A DNA stretch of 34,875 nt, from contig NIVC01001717.1 in NCBI GenBank assembly GCA_002269645.1, forward strand, positions 1 to 34,875. Direction: 5' to 3'. This document shows, one piece after another, positions 1 to 13,558 of the stretch. Position 1 is the stretch's first letter. The number at the start of each line of letters is the position of its first letter. Below the pieces are notes generated by a model. It was not told the origin of the DNA and ran no database searches. It saw only the letters and a list, made by a program, of their open reading frames with translations. The stretch comes from Macrostomum lignano. Lineage: Eukaryota. The translations under genes and the position numbers were made by a program.

Positions 1-108
1 GAATATACACTAAACGACTGCTTTTTTGAAACGTAATTAATGGGATTGTTAAAGCAGAAATCATGCACACCAAAAAGATATAAAAATATCTGTTGCATTA
101 ATTACATG

Positions 109-905
109 TACATCTCACCCCTAAACCTGTCCATCTCACCCCTAAACCTGTCCATCTCACCCCTAAACCTGTCCATCTCACCCCTAAACCTGTCCATCTC
201 ACCCCTAAACCTGTCCATCTCATTTCTAAACCTGTCTACTCACTGCTAAACCTGTCCATCTCACTCCTAAACCTGTCTATCTCACTCCTAAACCTGTCTA
301 TCTCACCCTAAACCTGCCATCTCACTGCTAAACCTGTCCATCTCACTTCTAAACCTGTCCATCTCATCCCTAAACCTATCTATCTCACTCCTAAACCTGT
401 CTACTCACTGCTAAACCTGTCCATCTCATTTCTAAACCTGTCCATCTCACTCCTAAACCTGTCTATCTCACCCCTAAACCTGTCCATCTCACTGCTAAAC
501 CTGTCCATCTCACCCCTAAACCTGTCCATCTCACTGCTAAACCTGTCATCTCACCCCTAAACCTGTCCATCTCATTTCTAAACCTGTCTACTCACTGCTA
601 AACCTGTCCATCTCACTCCTAAACCTGTCCATCTCACTCCTAAACCTGTCCATCTCATTTCTAAACCTGTCCATCTCACCCCTAAACCTGTCATACTCAC
701 TGCTAAACATGTCCATCTCATTTCTAAACCTGTCATCTCATTTCTAAACCTGTCCATCTCACTCCTAAACCTGTCCATCTCACTCCTAAACCTGTCCATC
801 TCACTCCTAAACCTGTCCATCTCATTTCTAAACCTGTCTACTCACTGCTAAACCTGTCCATCTCACTTCTAGACCTGTCTATTTCACTCCTAAACCTGTC
901 CCTAA
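109..905. repeat. Minisatellite, 21-bp unit CTAAACCTGTCCATCTCACCC, downstream of LRSAM1
   Basis: About 38 tandem copies with small variants; source of the SPLNLSI ORF. Confidence 0.95.
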
Positions 906-1038
906 ACCATCCTTAATATCAGAGTATTTTAACCCTGTCTGTAACTGGCTAACAAGAAAAAGTGGAGCACAGAAAATCAGGTATAAAAAATAAAAAATTT
1001 CTGCACAGAAAAGCACAGTGGAGTCGGGTCAGACAATT

Positions 1039-4000
1039 TTACTCTGCCTCCGCCATGAGAGCGGACACAAAAATGCGCCTGAGGATGGGCTGGCGGCACA
1101 GCGGGCAGAGGCTCAGGCCAGTCGAGCAGGCCTCGCAGCAGCAGACGTGGCCGCAATTCAAGAACAGCGTGTCCGGCGTAGCGTCCATGCAGACGCAGCA
1201 GCCGGTTGATTCGGCTGTCCGGGCTCGAACCACGGACGCCGGCTGAGGCTCGCTAGCCGGGGCCACTAGCGCCATAGGCGGCGCGCTCGGCTCCAGCTTC
1301 TCTCTACACGCGGCGGCTTCTTCATCAAATTTATCCGGCGGATGGCCAGACTCCTTGTTGTCGTTCTCAGCCTCGCTGTCGTCAAGATCGTCGCCTAGAG
1401 CGGCCAGCTCGGCGATGATGGCTCGCCGGACGCCCAGCTCCCGGATGCCGATGGTGTCGCGCAGGTCGGCGTCGTCGGCGCACAGTCGTAGCCGCTTTAA
1501 GTTGAGCACGCGGTGGCGCAGGAATTGCGGCTCGTAGGACTGCAACGAGAATGGGATTTGTTTTCACAGTTGCTATGCGATTCTTATTCGCCTGAGACTG
1601 AGGATTCGAGCTTGTGAGCGCCATAGAGATTTGTAGGATGGTTGCGGACAAACTGACGTCACGCTTTTGGCGACATCACCGCACAAACCGCAGCTGAGAT
1701 TAAAGATCTGAGCAAGCAGTTTGAGGATCGGTGCTTTGGGATTAGGGATCTGAGCTAGGATTTTGAGCATCTGAGCTGGGATTTTGAGCATCTGAGCTAG
1801 GATTTTGAGGATCTGAGCTGGGATACTGAGCAACTGAGCTAGGATTTTGAGGATCTGAGCTGGGGTATTGAGGATCTGAGCTGGGGTATTGAGGATCTGA
1901 GCCGGGGTATTGAGGATCTGAGCTGGGATTAGGGATCTCAGCTAGGATTTTGAGGATCTGAACTGGGATTTTGAGCATCTGAGCTAGGATTTTGAGGATC
2001 TGAGCTGGGGTATTGAGGATCTGAGCTGGGATTAGGGATCTCAGCTAGGATTTTGAGCATCTGAACTGGGATTTTGAGGATCTGAGCTGGGATTTTGAGG
2101 ATCTGAGCTGGGAGATTGAGGATCTGAGCTGGGATATTGAGGATCTGAGCTGGGAGATTGAGGATCTGAGCTGGGATATTGAGGATCTGAGCTGGGATAT
2201 TGAGGATCTGAGCTGGGATATTGAGGATCTGAGCTGGGTTATTGAGGATCTGAGCTTGAGTACGCCATAGATTGACAGGATTTCAGACTGTGAACTGAGT
2301 TCTGCACGAGCAAAAATCTTAGCAAAGCACAGCCTGACTGCAAGCTGCTAACCTGCGCCCCGGCCTTAGCCAACAGTTTGGTCAGTCTGACGCTCAGCCC
2401 GGGCTCCAGCTGTCCAGGCCGGCGCTCCATCAGCCGCTGATACTGCACCAGCCAATAGTCGATCTGGTCAGCTTTGCGCTGCTCTTCCAGCTCCGCCAGC
2501 CGTTTGGTGAGCTCGTTGGCTCGCTTGGTCCGCTCGTCCATGAGCTGCTGCAGCAGGCGGATCAGGGCGTCGCGCTTGGCGGCCAGTGCGGTCAGGCTGG
2601 CGTCAGAACGGTCGCGACGGCGCTGCATCTCGGCTCGGGTGATGGCGCACAGCTCGCGCTCGATCAGCGACACCTGCGGATGAGATGTTGAGATTTAGTA
2701 GGATAATGGCCAATTCTAAGCAAAGCATCAAAAAAGTGCAGAATCGAACCTCCTGACAGAGTCGCTGACTCTTGTAGTCGCGCTGAATCAGCAGCTGGGC
2801 GAACGCCTCCCGCTGCCTGCTCTGCTCCTCGGCTATGCTGCTGACCAGGCCCCGCCTTTGGCTGGCGTGGGTGTCCAGGGCCCGCTCGACCTCTTCGGTG
2901 CGCTCGCCAGCCTTGGCCGCGGCGGTGACAGCGTCGGCCCGGTCAGCTTCCACTCGGCGTCGGCGAGACTCCAACGAGTCGGACTCGGCCAGCAGTTTGT
3001 CCATAGAGGCCAGGATCTCCGACCGGTGCTGGGCAGTCAGCTCCGTCAGGGACTCCTCCTGGTCCTGCTGCTCCAGCTGTTCAAGGATGGCCTCCCTACC
3101 GCTGGCGCGGACGTTCCAATCCAGTAGGTGGCGGATCAGCCGATCGGCGCTGGACTCGGCCGCGCTGACGTCTTCAACTAGGCGTTGCCGATCTCGCTGG
3201 CGGGCGGCCTGGACGGCGGCCAAGTCCAGAGCCTGACCGTCGGCAGCGTCGGCGTCCAGCCTGTCAACGGCTGCCCGACGCTGCTCCTGGGATCGAGTAG
3301 CCAGAGCCAACTGGGCGCTGGAGTCCTCTTGAATCTGGCGCTCCAGCTCTTGGCGCTGCTGACGGCGCTGGGCGAGGACGCGCTCCTGCACCTGGACGCT
3401 GTCCTGTTTTGGGAAGCCAGTGGGGAAGATCTGACATCAAGCAGCTATGATGTAACCAATGACATCAGGCAGTTCTGGTGTATGCCCGATGACATCAAGC
3501 AGCTATGATGTAACCAATGACATCAGGCAGTTCTGGTGTATGCCCGATGACATCAAGCAGTTCTGATGTAACCAATGACATCAGGCAGTTCTGATATGCC
3601 CAAGGACATCAGGCAGTTTTGATATGCCCAATGACATCAGGCAGTTCTGATTTGTGCCCAAGGACATCAGGCAGTTCTGATTTGTGCCCAAGGACATCAG
3701 GCAGTTCTGATTTGTGCCCAAGGACATCAGGCAGTTCTGATTTGTGCCCAAGGACATCAGGCAGTTCTGATTTGTGCCCAAGGACATCAGGCAGTTCTGA
3801 TTTGTGCCCAAGGACATCAGGCAGTTCTGATTTGTGCCCAATGACATCAGGCAGTTCTGGTGTATGCCCGATGAGATCAGGCAGTTCTGATGTATGCCCG
3901 ATGACATCAGGCAGTTCTGGTGTATGCCCGATGACAACAGGCAGTTCTGATTTGTGCCCAAGGACATCAGGCAGTTCTGATTTGTGCCCAATGACATCAG

Positions 4001-7000
4001 GCAGTTCTGATTTGTGCCCAATGACATCAGGCAGTTCTGATTTGTTCCCAATGACATCAGGCAGTTCTGATTTGTGCCCAATGACATCAGGCAGTTCTGG
4101 TGTATGCCCGATGACATCAGACAGTTCTGGTGTATACCCGATGACATCAGGCAGTTCTGATGTATGCCCGATGACATCAGGCAGTTCTGGTGTATGCCCG
4201 ATGACATCAGGCAGTTCTGATGTATGCCCGATGACATCAGGCAGTTCTGATGTATGCCCGATGACATCAGGCAGTTCTGGTGTATGCCCGATGACATCAG
4301 GCAGTTCTGGTGTATGCCCGATGACATCAGGCAGTTCTGGTGTATGCCCGATGACATCAGGCAGTTCTGGTGTATGCCCGATGACATCAGGCAGTTCTGG
4401 TGTATGCCCGATGACATCAGGCAGTTCTGGTGTATGCCCGATGACATCAGGCAGTTCTACGTGACCCTTGCATTCTAATGAGTTATACAAAACAATAACT
4501 ACGAGCTACTTACTGAACGTTCAAAGCAACAGAAACGTGAATGCATGTCTTGCAACAAGTGGATGCAGGATTAAGCGTAACAAAGGTACAATATATATTG
4601 TGTAGCGCACTTACGGATTGAATTGAGAATTTGCTAAATCTGATTCAATACCAATATTTGCGAGCAGCTCAAGTAGAGGGAGAGGAGAGAACACACGGGG
4701 ATAGGGAGAATAGAAGTCTCAGTACTCATCACTCGAGTGCCCAAGCATACATCCAGTGGCGTACACACAGGCTAGGCCAGAAGTACTCCCAGAGAGAGAG
4801 AGAGAGGGCCATCCCCCTTATCGATTCAGAGGGCTGCAGGAGCATAGAGAATTTCTGGGGCACAGAGAAACGAGACGAATGCTGGCCCAGGGAGCTTTGG
4901 ACCAATCCAACAAAATGTACAACGCCTAGTGAGTGCGCGGCGAGGCAGTCACCGCCAAGTCAAGATACTAACCTCGTAACAGAGATCAAAAAGGAGCCAC
5001 TAACTTTTAACTGCTGACTTCTGACTGACTGACCGACTGGTTGAAAGTACTAATGTTTCTTTCTTCTTTTTTTCTGAAACTCCTTAATGACTGTATAAGT
5101 CTCTCCAAGATTTTGGGCACTCTTAAACGCGAAAATGTCACTCCATAGATCTAGAATATCACTCTTCATGGACAGTGTCTCTATCGAGATTTCAGGCACT
5201 CCTAAGTCGAAAATGTCACTCCATAGATCTAGAATGTCGCTCTTCAAAAATTCAAAAACAGCGTGACTCTATCGAGATTTCGGGCACTCCTAAGTTGAAA
5301 ATGTCACTCCATAGATCTAGAATGTCACTCTTTATGGACAGTGTGTCTCTATCTGGATGTGAGGCACTCCTAAATTTGAAAATGTCACTCTTTAAAGTCA
5401 GCGTGACTCTATCGAGATTTCGGGCACTCCTAAGTCGAAAATGTCACTCCATAGATCTAGAATGTCGCTCTTCAAAAACAGCGTGACTCTATCGAGATTT
5501 CGGGCACTCCTAAGTCGAAAATGTCACTCCATAGATCTAGAATGTCGCTCTTCAAAAACAGCGTGACTCTATCGAGATTTCGGGCACTCCTAAGTCGAAA
5601 ATGTCACTCCATAGATCTAGAATGTCGCTCTTCAAAAACAGCGTGACTCTATCGAGATTTCGGGCACTCCAAAAGTCGAAAATGTCACTCCATAGATCTA
5701 GAATGTCGCTCTTCAAAAACAGCGTGACTCTATCCAGATTTCGGGCACTCCTAAGTCGAAAATGTCACTCCATAGATCTAGAATGTCGCTCTTCAAAAAC
5801 AGCGTGACTCTATCGAGATTTCGGGCACTCCTAAGTCGAAAATGTCACTCCATAGATCTAGAATGTCGCTCTTCAAAAACAGCGTGACTCTATCGAGATT
5901 TCGGGCACTCCTAAGTCGAAAATGTCACTCCATAGATCTAGAATGTCGCTCTTCAAAAAACAGCGTGACTCTATCCAGATTTCGGGCACTCCTAAATCGA
6001 AAATGTCACTCCATAGATCTAGAATGTCGCTCTTCAAAAACAGCGTGACTCTATCCAGATTTCGGGCACTCCTAAGTCGAAAATGTCACTCCATAGATCT
6101 AGAATGTCGCTCTTCAAAAACAGCGTGACTCTATCGAGATTTCGGGCACTCCTAAGTCGAAAATGTCACTCCATAGATCTAGAATGTCGCTCTTCAAAAA
6201 AACAGCGTGACTCTATCCAGATTTCGGGCACTCCTAAGTCGAAAATGTCACTCCATAGATCTAGAATGTCGCTCTTCAAAAAAACAGCGTGACTCTATCG
6301 AGATTTCGGGCACTCCTAAGTCGAAAATGTCACTCCATAGATCTAGAATGTCGCTCTTCAAAAACAGCGTGACTCTATCGAGATTTCGGGCACTCCAAAA
6401 GTCAAAAATGTCACTCTTCAAGAATGGTATCGAGAGAGAAAATGGCACTCCACAGACTTCAAAACAGTACAGTTCAATTTAGTTCAATCCCCACCTCGTA
6501 GTCGTTAGCCAGCTCCTTCAGCAGCGGGCCACTGTTGCCACCACCGCCCATGCCTGGGCCACCGCCGCTGCTTTCAACCTCGGGCGAAGGCAGAATGTGC
6601 AGAGCAAACCTACTAGGCGGTTCGTACTGAACACCTGCCTCTGAAATGTAAGCGATGGTGCGAAAAACTTATTAGGAAAACTTATACTTGCAGTTTCGAA
6701 TTTGTCGCAATAGAAACAAAAAAACACTTTGCTCACCCTTGCACAGGAAACGCATAATGGCTTCAGTGCCTTGGGCGCAGATTTCTAAAACGTGCGCGTG
6801 ATAAATAATATTGTTACATGACGAAAAGTAATATTTCACGATAATTATTAATATTAAATAGTTGTCGAATATCCGACACTGACCCTTGCTAGGATAGGTG
6901 AATCCCTGCGGAGACAGAGTCAAATTCTCCAGAGTGCGGGCCTGGCAGATGGTGCGCGGCAGCTGGCGCATTGGATTGCCGGCAATGTCCAGTAGTTTAA

Positions 7001-8960
7001 GGCTGGCCAAGCCAAGAAATATCTCGGATGGCAGCGACTTCAACCGGTTGTCTGCGGTCGGTGTATATGGCTAACTAGGTCCATAGGTAGTGGTATAAAT
7101 TTTACAACTGCCTACTTATAGTCTAGCAATGCCAGATATTGGCTTGCTTGCACTTTTAGTTACCGATAATAAAACTGATAAGGCATGTCTAAGCTTGTAC
7201 TTTTATCTAATCGACCTGGTACTAGTCTAGTCAAATTCGTACTTTCATCTAATCGATCTTTTACGATTCTTATCTAATCGATCTTTTACGATTCTTATCT
7301 TATCGATCTCTTACGATTCTTATCTAATCGATCTTTTACGATTCTTATCTAATCGATATTTTGCGATTCTCATCTAATCGATCTTTTGCGATTCTTATCT
7401 AATCGATCTTTTGCGATTCTTATCTAATCGATCTTTTGCGATTCTTATCTAATCGATCTTTTGCGATTCTTATCTGATCAATCTTTTACGATTCTCATCT
7501 AATCGATCTTTTGCGATTCTTATCTAATCGATATTTTGCAATTCTTCTCTAATCGATATTTTGCGATTCTCATCTAATCGATCTTTTACGATTCTCATCT
7601 AATCGATCTTTTACGATTCTTATCTAATCGATCTCTTACGATTCTTATCTAATCGATCTTTTGCGATTCTTATCTAATCGATATTTTGCGATTCTCATCT
7701 AATCGATCTTTTGCGATTCTTATCTAATCGATCTTTTGCGATTCTTATCTAATCGATCTTTTGCGATTCTTATCAAATCGATATTTTACGATTCTTATCT
7801 AATCGATCTTTTGCGATTCTCATCTAATCGATCTTTTACGATTCTTATCTAATCGATATTTTGCAATTCTTCTCTAATCGATATTTTGCGATTCTTATCT
7901 AATCGATCTGGTACAATTCTCTTCAAAATTTGTACTTTTATCTAATCGGTCAGGAACAATTATCTTCAAATTTGTACTTTTATCTAACCGATCTGGTCAT
8001 ATTTGTACTTTTAATGAATAAGTCTGCACTCGTCTACTAAAACTTGTACTTGTATCAAATCGATCGCGTAGTCGACTTGCACTGGGCCATAAAGAATGAA
8101 TGATGAAGAGATTAATGAGATTCTCAGAATTGCTGCTCACCTCTCAGGCCGAGAGTCTGCAAATTGCGCATGCTCTGCATAGAGGCCGGTAGCCAAGTTA
8201 ATTTATTCCTGTCCAAGCTGAGTACCTGGAGATAAAATGCAAAAAAAATCGTTTTAATTGTCGACTAATCGTTAATTCTGATTTCAACCGTATCTATGGA
8301 CTCAGTAATAAAGTTTATAGACTGTTAGCTGGATTTATCGAATTCAAACAATGTCGAGACAAGTCGCCAAAGAATCGCCTACGAGTCAAATTGAGGCGTG
8401 CTGGAGTCGTATCGAATTAATATGAATTAGTATCACATTTCGCATTTATAAAAACTCTGTTTAGTCTGCTTGAGTTAGCAGAAATTTAATCGCTAACACA
8501 ACGACTCTTAAACGATTTTTTGCGCGACTCTTACGATTCTGCAACTCACGTGATGCGCTCGCGACTTAAAAAGTCACAAGAGTCGTTTCACTCAAGCGAA
8601 TCTTAAGAAGGCTAATACTAGATTAGTAAAGCGCATTTAAAACTAACAGACCTGCAGACAGGTGAGACAGCCGATATTGTTAGGCAGGTCGGTGAGCTCG
8701 TTATTGCGCAAATCCAGCACTCGCAGATTCGCTAAGCTGGTGAGTTTAGACTCAGGTCCCAGGCTAGTTAACCAGTTGTCATTGAGCAGCAGGGCCTCTT
8801 TGCGTAGCACCCGGATTTGAGTATAGACTCCAGTGGGCACCTCGGTTAGTTCGCATTCAGACAGGTCGAATGGTGACGACTCGCTCTCCTGGGCTAGATA
8901 GAGTTTACGCTCTAGGCGACGCTTGCCAGCCTCTGTCTGCTTGCGGCCGAACAGTGGCAT
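1039..8960 (-). CDS. LRSAM1: LRSAM1 (LRR, coiled-coil, SAM and RING E3 ubiquitin ligase), 8 coding exons, about 743 aa
   Basis: Exons (minus): 8960-8652, 8225-8141, 7051-6884, 6784-6737, 6640-6495, 3403-2750, 2673-2353, 1539-1039. All introns are GT..AG with matching phases, 2232 nt total. The N-terminus MPLFGRKQTEAGKRRLERKLYLAQE resembles human [27 protein letters not shown]. It is followed by LRRs, FLCKEAGVQYEPPS, a long coiled coil, the YWLVQYQRL motif, a SAM-like segment and the C-terminal RING CCVCMDATPDTLFLNCGHVCCCEACSTGLSLCPLCR. Confidence 0.95.
1696..2256. repeat. Minisatellite, 21-bp unit GAGGATCTGAGCTGGGATATT, in LRSAM1 intron 7
   Basis: About 26 tandem copies, degenerate at the left edge. 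Confidence 0.95.
3432..4458. repeat. Minisatellite, 30-bp unit ATGACATCAGGCAGTTCTGGTGTATGCCCG, in LRSAM1 intron 5
   Basis: About 34 copies in two main variant blocks (ATTTGTGCCCAAGG type and GTGTATGCCCGATG type). Confidence 0.95.
5115..6450. repeat. Tandem repeat, 80-bp unit built from four diverged ~20-bp monomers, in LRSAM1 intron 5
   Basis: ATGTCACTCC recurs every 80 bp (e.g. 5521, 5601); about 16 copies. Confidence 0.95.
7245..7910. repeat. Minisatellite, 25-bp unit TTATCTAATCGATCTTTTGCGATTC, in LRSAM1 intron 2
   Basis: About 26 copies; degenerate TTGTACTTTTATCTAATCG relics flank the array on both sides. Confidence 0.95.
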
Positions 8961-9720
8961 TCTCTGATGGCTCTTGTGTAGCTTGGGCAGCGGTAGTAGG
9001 TTAGCAAAGCTGCAATAGCAAAACGCATAACTTTTATAGAGGCATATCGGCTCATTAAAGTGCAGGATTTCGGATCATGGGGTCAATTCAATTTGTTTCC
9101 TTGCAAACTGTAAAAATAGCCATATACTAAATTTTCCCATGGCCTATTCACATCCATATCGAATTAATTTCCCATCACATTCCCTAACTTAACTCAGATG
9201 CCAACAGTTCCTTCATCATTCACTATAATATAGTGGGGAAGTTAAGAACGACAGCAATAGTTAAACCTGTCACTTTATTAAATGTGTCTCATTTTCATAT
9301 TAACTTTAGCCCCCACCACCCCAACCACACATGGTGCATGTGGTATTGAAAATCTCTGTTGCTATAGTCCTTAATCCCCAGGGACATAAGAGCTACCCTT
9401 GTATTGAAAGTAAGAATATTCAACTAAACTTGAGCCCAAAGCACATGATATGCAAGTGGCTTAAGATATCTCTGCTACCTGAGTTCATGACCCAGTGGCT
9501 ATAGAAGGAAAAGTGTCAAAATGCATACTTTAGGATGCACTACTCAAAAACGCAGCTCCCTAGTCTTTGCCCCTCCCTTCTAGTAATGTTAATTTTGAGA
9601 TTTTGACATTTTTAATGGAGATTGAATTCAAATATTATAACCACAGAATATCGTGACTATAACTATAAGCAACATAGATCCTACATAGATAGATTTAAAA
9701 AAAATTCCTATATATATTTA

Positions 9721-10012
9721 CATACATGCCCAACCTCAAAATTTCACCCATCTAGTGCAAGTTAGTTTAATCTAGATTTATGACTTAGTTCCCCTCAATT
9801 GCAACTTAATTTTCACTTTGTATGACTTTTCTTGCCTTTTTCTATTTTAATCTTTCTTTTTCTCTCTCTCTTCTCCCTCTTTTTTTTCTCTTCCTCTCCT
9901 TTCTTCTACCATTTTTTTGTTTTTTTGCATTTTGGATTTAGCAACTTACCCTGGCTGGTGGCCATTTCACCTGTCCAGTTTATATAGGTCAGACAGGTGT
10001 TGGGCATGTATG
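9721..10012. mobile_element. Non-autonomous hAT-type MITE (TIR CATACATGCCCAAC)
   Basis: Left CATACATGCCCAAC and right GTTGGGCATGTATG; 8-bp TSD TATATTTA / TATATTTG (7 of 8 match); 292 bp. Confidence 0.75.
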
Positions 10013-12649
10013 TATATTTGCCTTTCAATGATTTTACCTATATCTATAATGTTGTATTTTAAAATGCCTAATATAACTTGCCTTTCTAAACTTTTCTCTA
10101 GATTTATGCCTAGGTATAAACTATTAACTAAAGATATTCATAATATTTTAGTCAATTATAAATTTTATACTTTGAGTTGAGTTAGCAAGATTCTATATAG
10201 AAGAAGAGATTATATAGGCATAGTTTTTTACTTTAGTTTAAAAAAATTATTGCTAACAAAGACTAATAGTTATCATAGTCAAGAAAGTTATACCACATTG
10301 CTAATTATGTTAGGCATACAATAGAACAAAAATGAAGGCCTGAAAAATTACTAGTATACTAAATAACAATTAGCTTTGTTTATGGCAAGGCAACCTTATT
10401 TATATAACTTATATTTAAATAACCAAGAATAAACTTAAAAACTATTAAAAATGGGTATGAAGCTATAAAAATTTAACTTAAAGTAAAAATAAACTTTTCC
10501 TATAATATAAATTATATGTCTAATACAAATGATAATTCAATTTAGCTCTTTAAGAGCTTTGATATTCTCATTTATTACCACTTATTAATATTATATTGAT
10601 TAATATAACATAATGAACTAGATATATATGTATGCTAAGATATACCATAGTTCAGATTGTGTATTAATGTATGCCAGGTCTGGTAGAAGAAAAAATACAA
10701 GACCCATTTATATGCTAAGACTTAAAAATGTTTTTTAACTATGTACACCAAAGTTATATGCTTTTTTATTCTTAGAATTCATTATTCCTACAGAAAAAAG
10801 AGGCAATTATAAAAGAAGTACTCAATACTTTTTGCTAAAGATAAGGGAAAAAAGTTTTTAGGGTACATAGTTTAATTTTTTTATTAAGGCCTACTCTATG
10901 TTCTATGTCTGATGGTGTTGAATGTAAAGTATTTTATATAAAGTCACTTTAATTGATCCTAACAATAATATGTACACAGGCATACAATAGATATAAGCCA
11001 AAAATTTTCCACTATCATCTTCTAAACTATGGAAAATATATAGTATTTTTTAATCTATTTATGCTAAATATGCTAGACTAAATGCCAGTATTACATGCAA
11101 ACTAAGTGTATACCAAAGTAATTGCCATTAATGGCAATGAAGCTTAATATATGCTAGAAATCTTTTGGCATTTTAGCAGGATTAGCAATATAAATCATAA
11201 GGTGCCAGTCCTTTTGTCAACTGACAGTTTGTCTACTGAGCAGACAAAAAGTTTTTCTTTCAAAAACTATATATTTGCAAGGAAATGGAGGCTAGAGGAT
11301 ATGGAGTAGGGTGGGGAGCTGCCCAACCCACAACTTCTTCATTAACCTCTTTATACTTCTTTTGTCTTATGCCTAAACCATATATTTGGTGCTGCCATTG
11401 ACTGCAATTATCACATTGCAAAGCTTGCTATCGAGTGCTCACACATTTTCTACAAATGACACAGATCAATGTCTTGCATCTAAGAAATTTTGAATGAGAA
11501 TTGTTCTATCTGATAATATTTTTATCTTTATCAAAGTTTTAACAGTTTCTGTTCTACTGTTTTCAGTTAAGCTTTATTATTTTAGGTATATATTATAAAA
11601 TAGTTTGTTAAAATGATGAAAGAACCCTATATGCAACACTTTATAACAATGTTAATGGACAGAGAGGAATTGTTAAGTAGCTCCCTAGTCCCCCCTACTC
11701 CTTATCCCTACCCTATTTCCTAGCAGATAAACTGTTGGCAAACAAATTAGAAAACTAAATCATAGTAAATATTATAACTATGAGTATAATAGTTTTTTTT
11801 GATAGGCATGTCATAGTTTGAACAAAGCTATTGGCACTTTGGCATTAATGTTTAAGCAGCATAGAGTAGGGAGTCCAGTGAGATTTTAAATTTTTCTAAT
11901 TTGTCTTCTGTTTTGATACTATGTGATAGACATTTAAAATATATGAGTAAAATGACACCTTACTTTTGAATTTTGGACAAGTTTTAATATGACACTTTTA
12001 GTGTCATATTTTTTTATAATTCCATAATGCAATTTTCTTACAAGGCACTGTGATCATTTTCCTCAAAAGGTCTGATTTTCTAAGTTATAGATGACATAAC
12101 TTTTGAACTATTCAGTGGATTTTCATTCTTCATATGTCATTATTAGCATTTTTCTTATAGATTATTTTGCATTAGTGCTTTGCAAAATACAACTATTCAT
12201 TTTTTTATTCTGAAAAAATGTGCTATAAATAGAATTTTAATCATTCAACTATAATTATGCCACTTTTGTCTTTATATAGATCATCTAGATACAATACTAA
12301 GCTGATCCAGCTAGCTAGCAAGGGGTCCAACCAAGGTAAGCTGCAAAAATGCCAATTCAAAAAATTCCAAAAGTAGTACTAATTAGCTGACAAGGCATTT
12401 AGCTATTATAATACAGATATAATTACTCCTGCTGTTTACCCAAACATTACATTAACTTTGCTTATGTTTCTTTCATAGTTAAGTTGCTTTTTTGATCAAA
12501 AAGTAAACTGTACAGCTAGTGTATTCATATATATACATGCTTATATACAAATATAATGTCCAATGCAATGAAACTTAGTACTAAAATCAAAATCAACTTG
12601 ACTAATAAGATGATGTGATTTCTTATGAAACAATAGTAATAGTTATTCC

Positions 12650-12935
12650 CATACATGCGCAACCTCCAAAATTCGGTCGGCCATGCGACTTAGTTTTAAC
12701 AAAAATGCGACATAGTTTTTGGCCAAAAATGCGACTTACATGTAAAAAAACCCTAATGCAAAATAACGCAACTTTGGGTAAACGGCAGGAGTAACTATGA
12801 CTGTCTTATTAACTCAAAATGCCTCATCAGCTACTTAGAACTACTAATTTAGGTGGGCATTTTTGCGACTTCCTTGGTTGGCCGCCAAATTGGTCGGCCA
12901 GATTGGCCGACTCGGCCGACTGTTGCGCATGTATG
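12650..12935. mobile_element. Non-autonomous hAT-type MITE (TIR CATACATGCGCAAC), related to 9721-10012
   Basis: Perfect 14-bp TIRs; exact 8-bp TSD GTTATTCC at 12642-12649 and 12936-12943; 286 bp. Confidence 0.88.
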
Positions 12936-13558
12936 GTTATTCCTGCTATTTACCCAAACATTGGTGCCATTATAGAGTTGTAGGAAGAGCTAGCAATGAG
13001 ATCATTGTTTTGTCCTGTTTATATGCTATTTCAGATAATATATCAGAAGATAAAAATACCATTGATGCATATTTGAAAATGCATAAATTTTTCTACTTTC
13101 AATGGAAGTGCACATGTATTTTGGCTCCAACTTTGAATCAATATTGTAAATGCAAGAATACATATAAATAAGCAGTTTTCTATATTGGAAACTATGTTGT
13201 ATGTGGCTAGCAGGCTAGTATAATAGAAAGCATCATTAAAAAGTTTTTTCGAAGGACAAAAACTCAAAAACAAAATTTTGCTTGCTTCTTATAGCCTACG
13301 GATAGATAAAAAGTTCTTAATTTATTTTTCAGTTTTTTTGTAGTCAAATATGTTTATATTCCATTGTGTTTAGGCTACTACCTACACATAAGTATATATA
13401 AGTATACATTTCTTGGAGTCTGGAGAGAAATGGTAAGATCCTAAGGCTTAAGCCTTAAGGTAGAATTGCTAAGATGTCAAGGCTTGAAAGAATTGCTACA
13501 GTGCTATTACTCTTAGAAAGAATTAATAAGAAATCAAGGTAGAAAAGAGGGATTGCTA

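Noticed and set aside
2474-3508. Plus-strand ORFs overlapping LRSAM1 exons (and similar ones over the kinase exons)
   Set aside because: Antisense shadows of GC-rich coding sequence.
3581-4490. Long ORFs of 281-293 aa in three frames
   Set aside because: They are translations of the 30-bp intronic minisatellite, open only because the unit lacks stops.
4601-4981. Possible solo LTR (TGTAGCG...CGTAACA, CT-rich interior) in LRSAM1 intron 5
   Set aside because: Termini look LTR-like, but I found no matching TSD or clear polyA signal; the overlapping 128-aa ORF has no recognisable motif.
10893-11131. Decayed coding-like stretch in the CpG desert
   Set aside because: It needs a frameshift and several stops, and I recognise no family motif.
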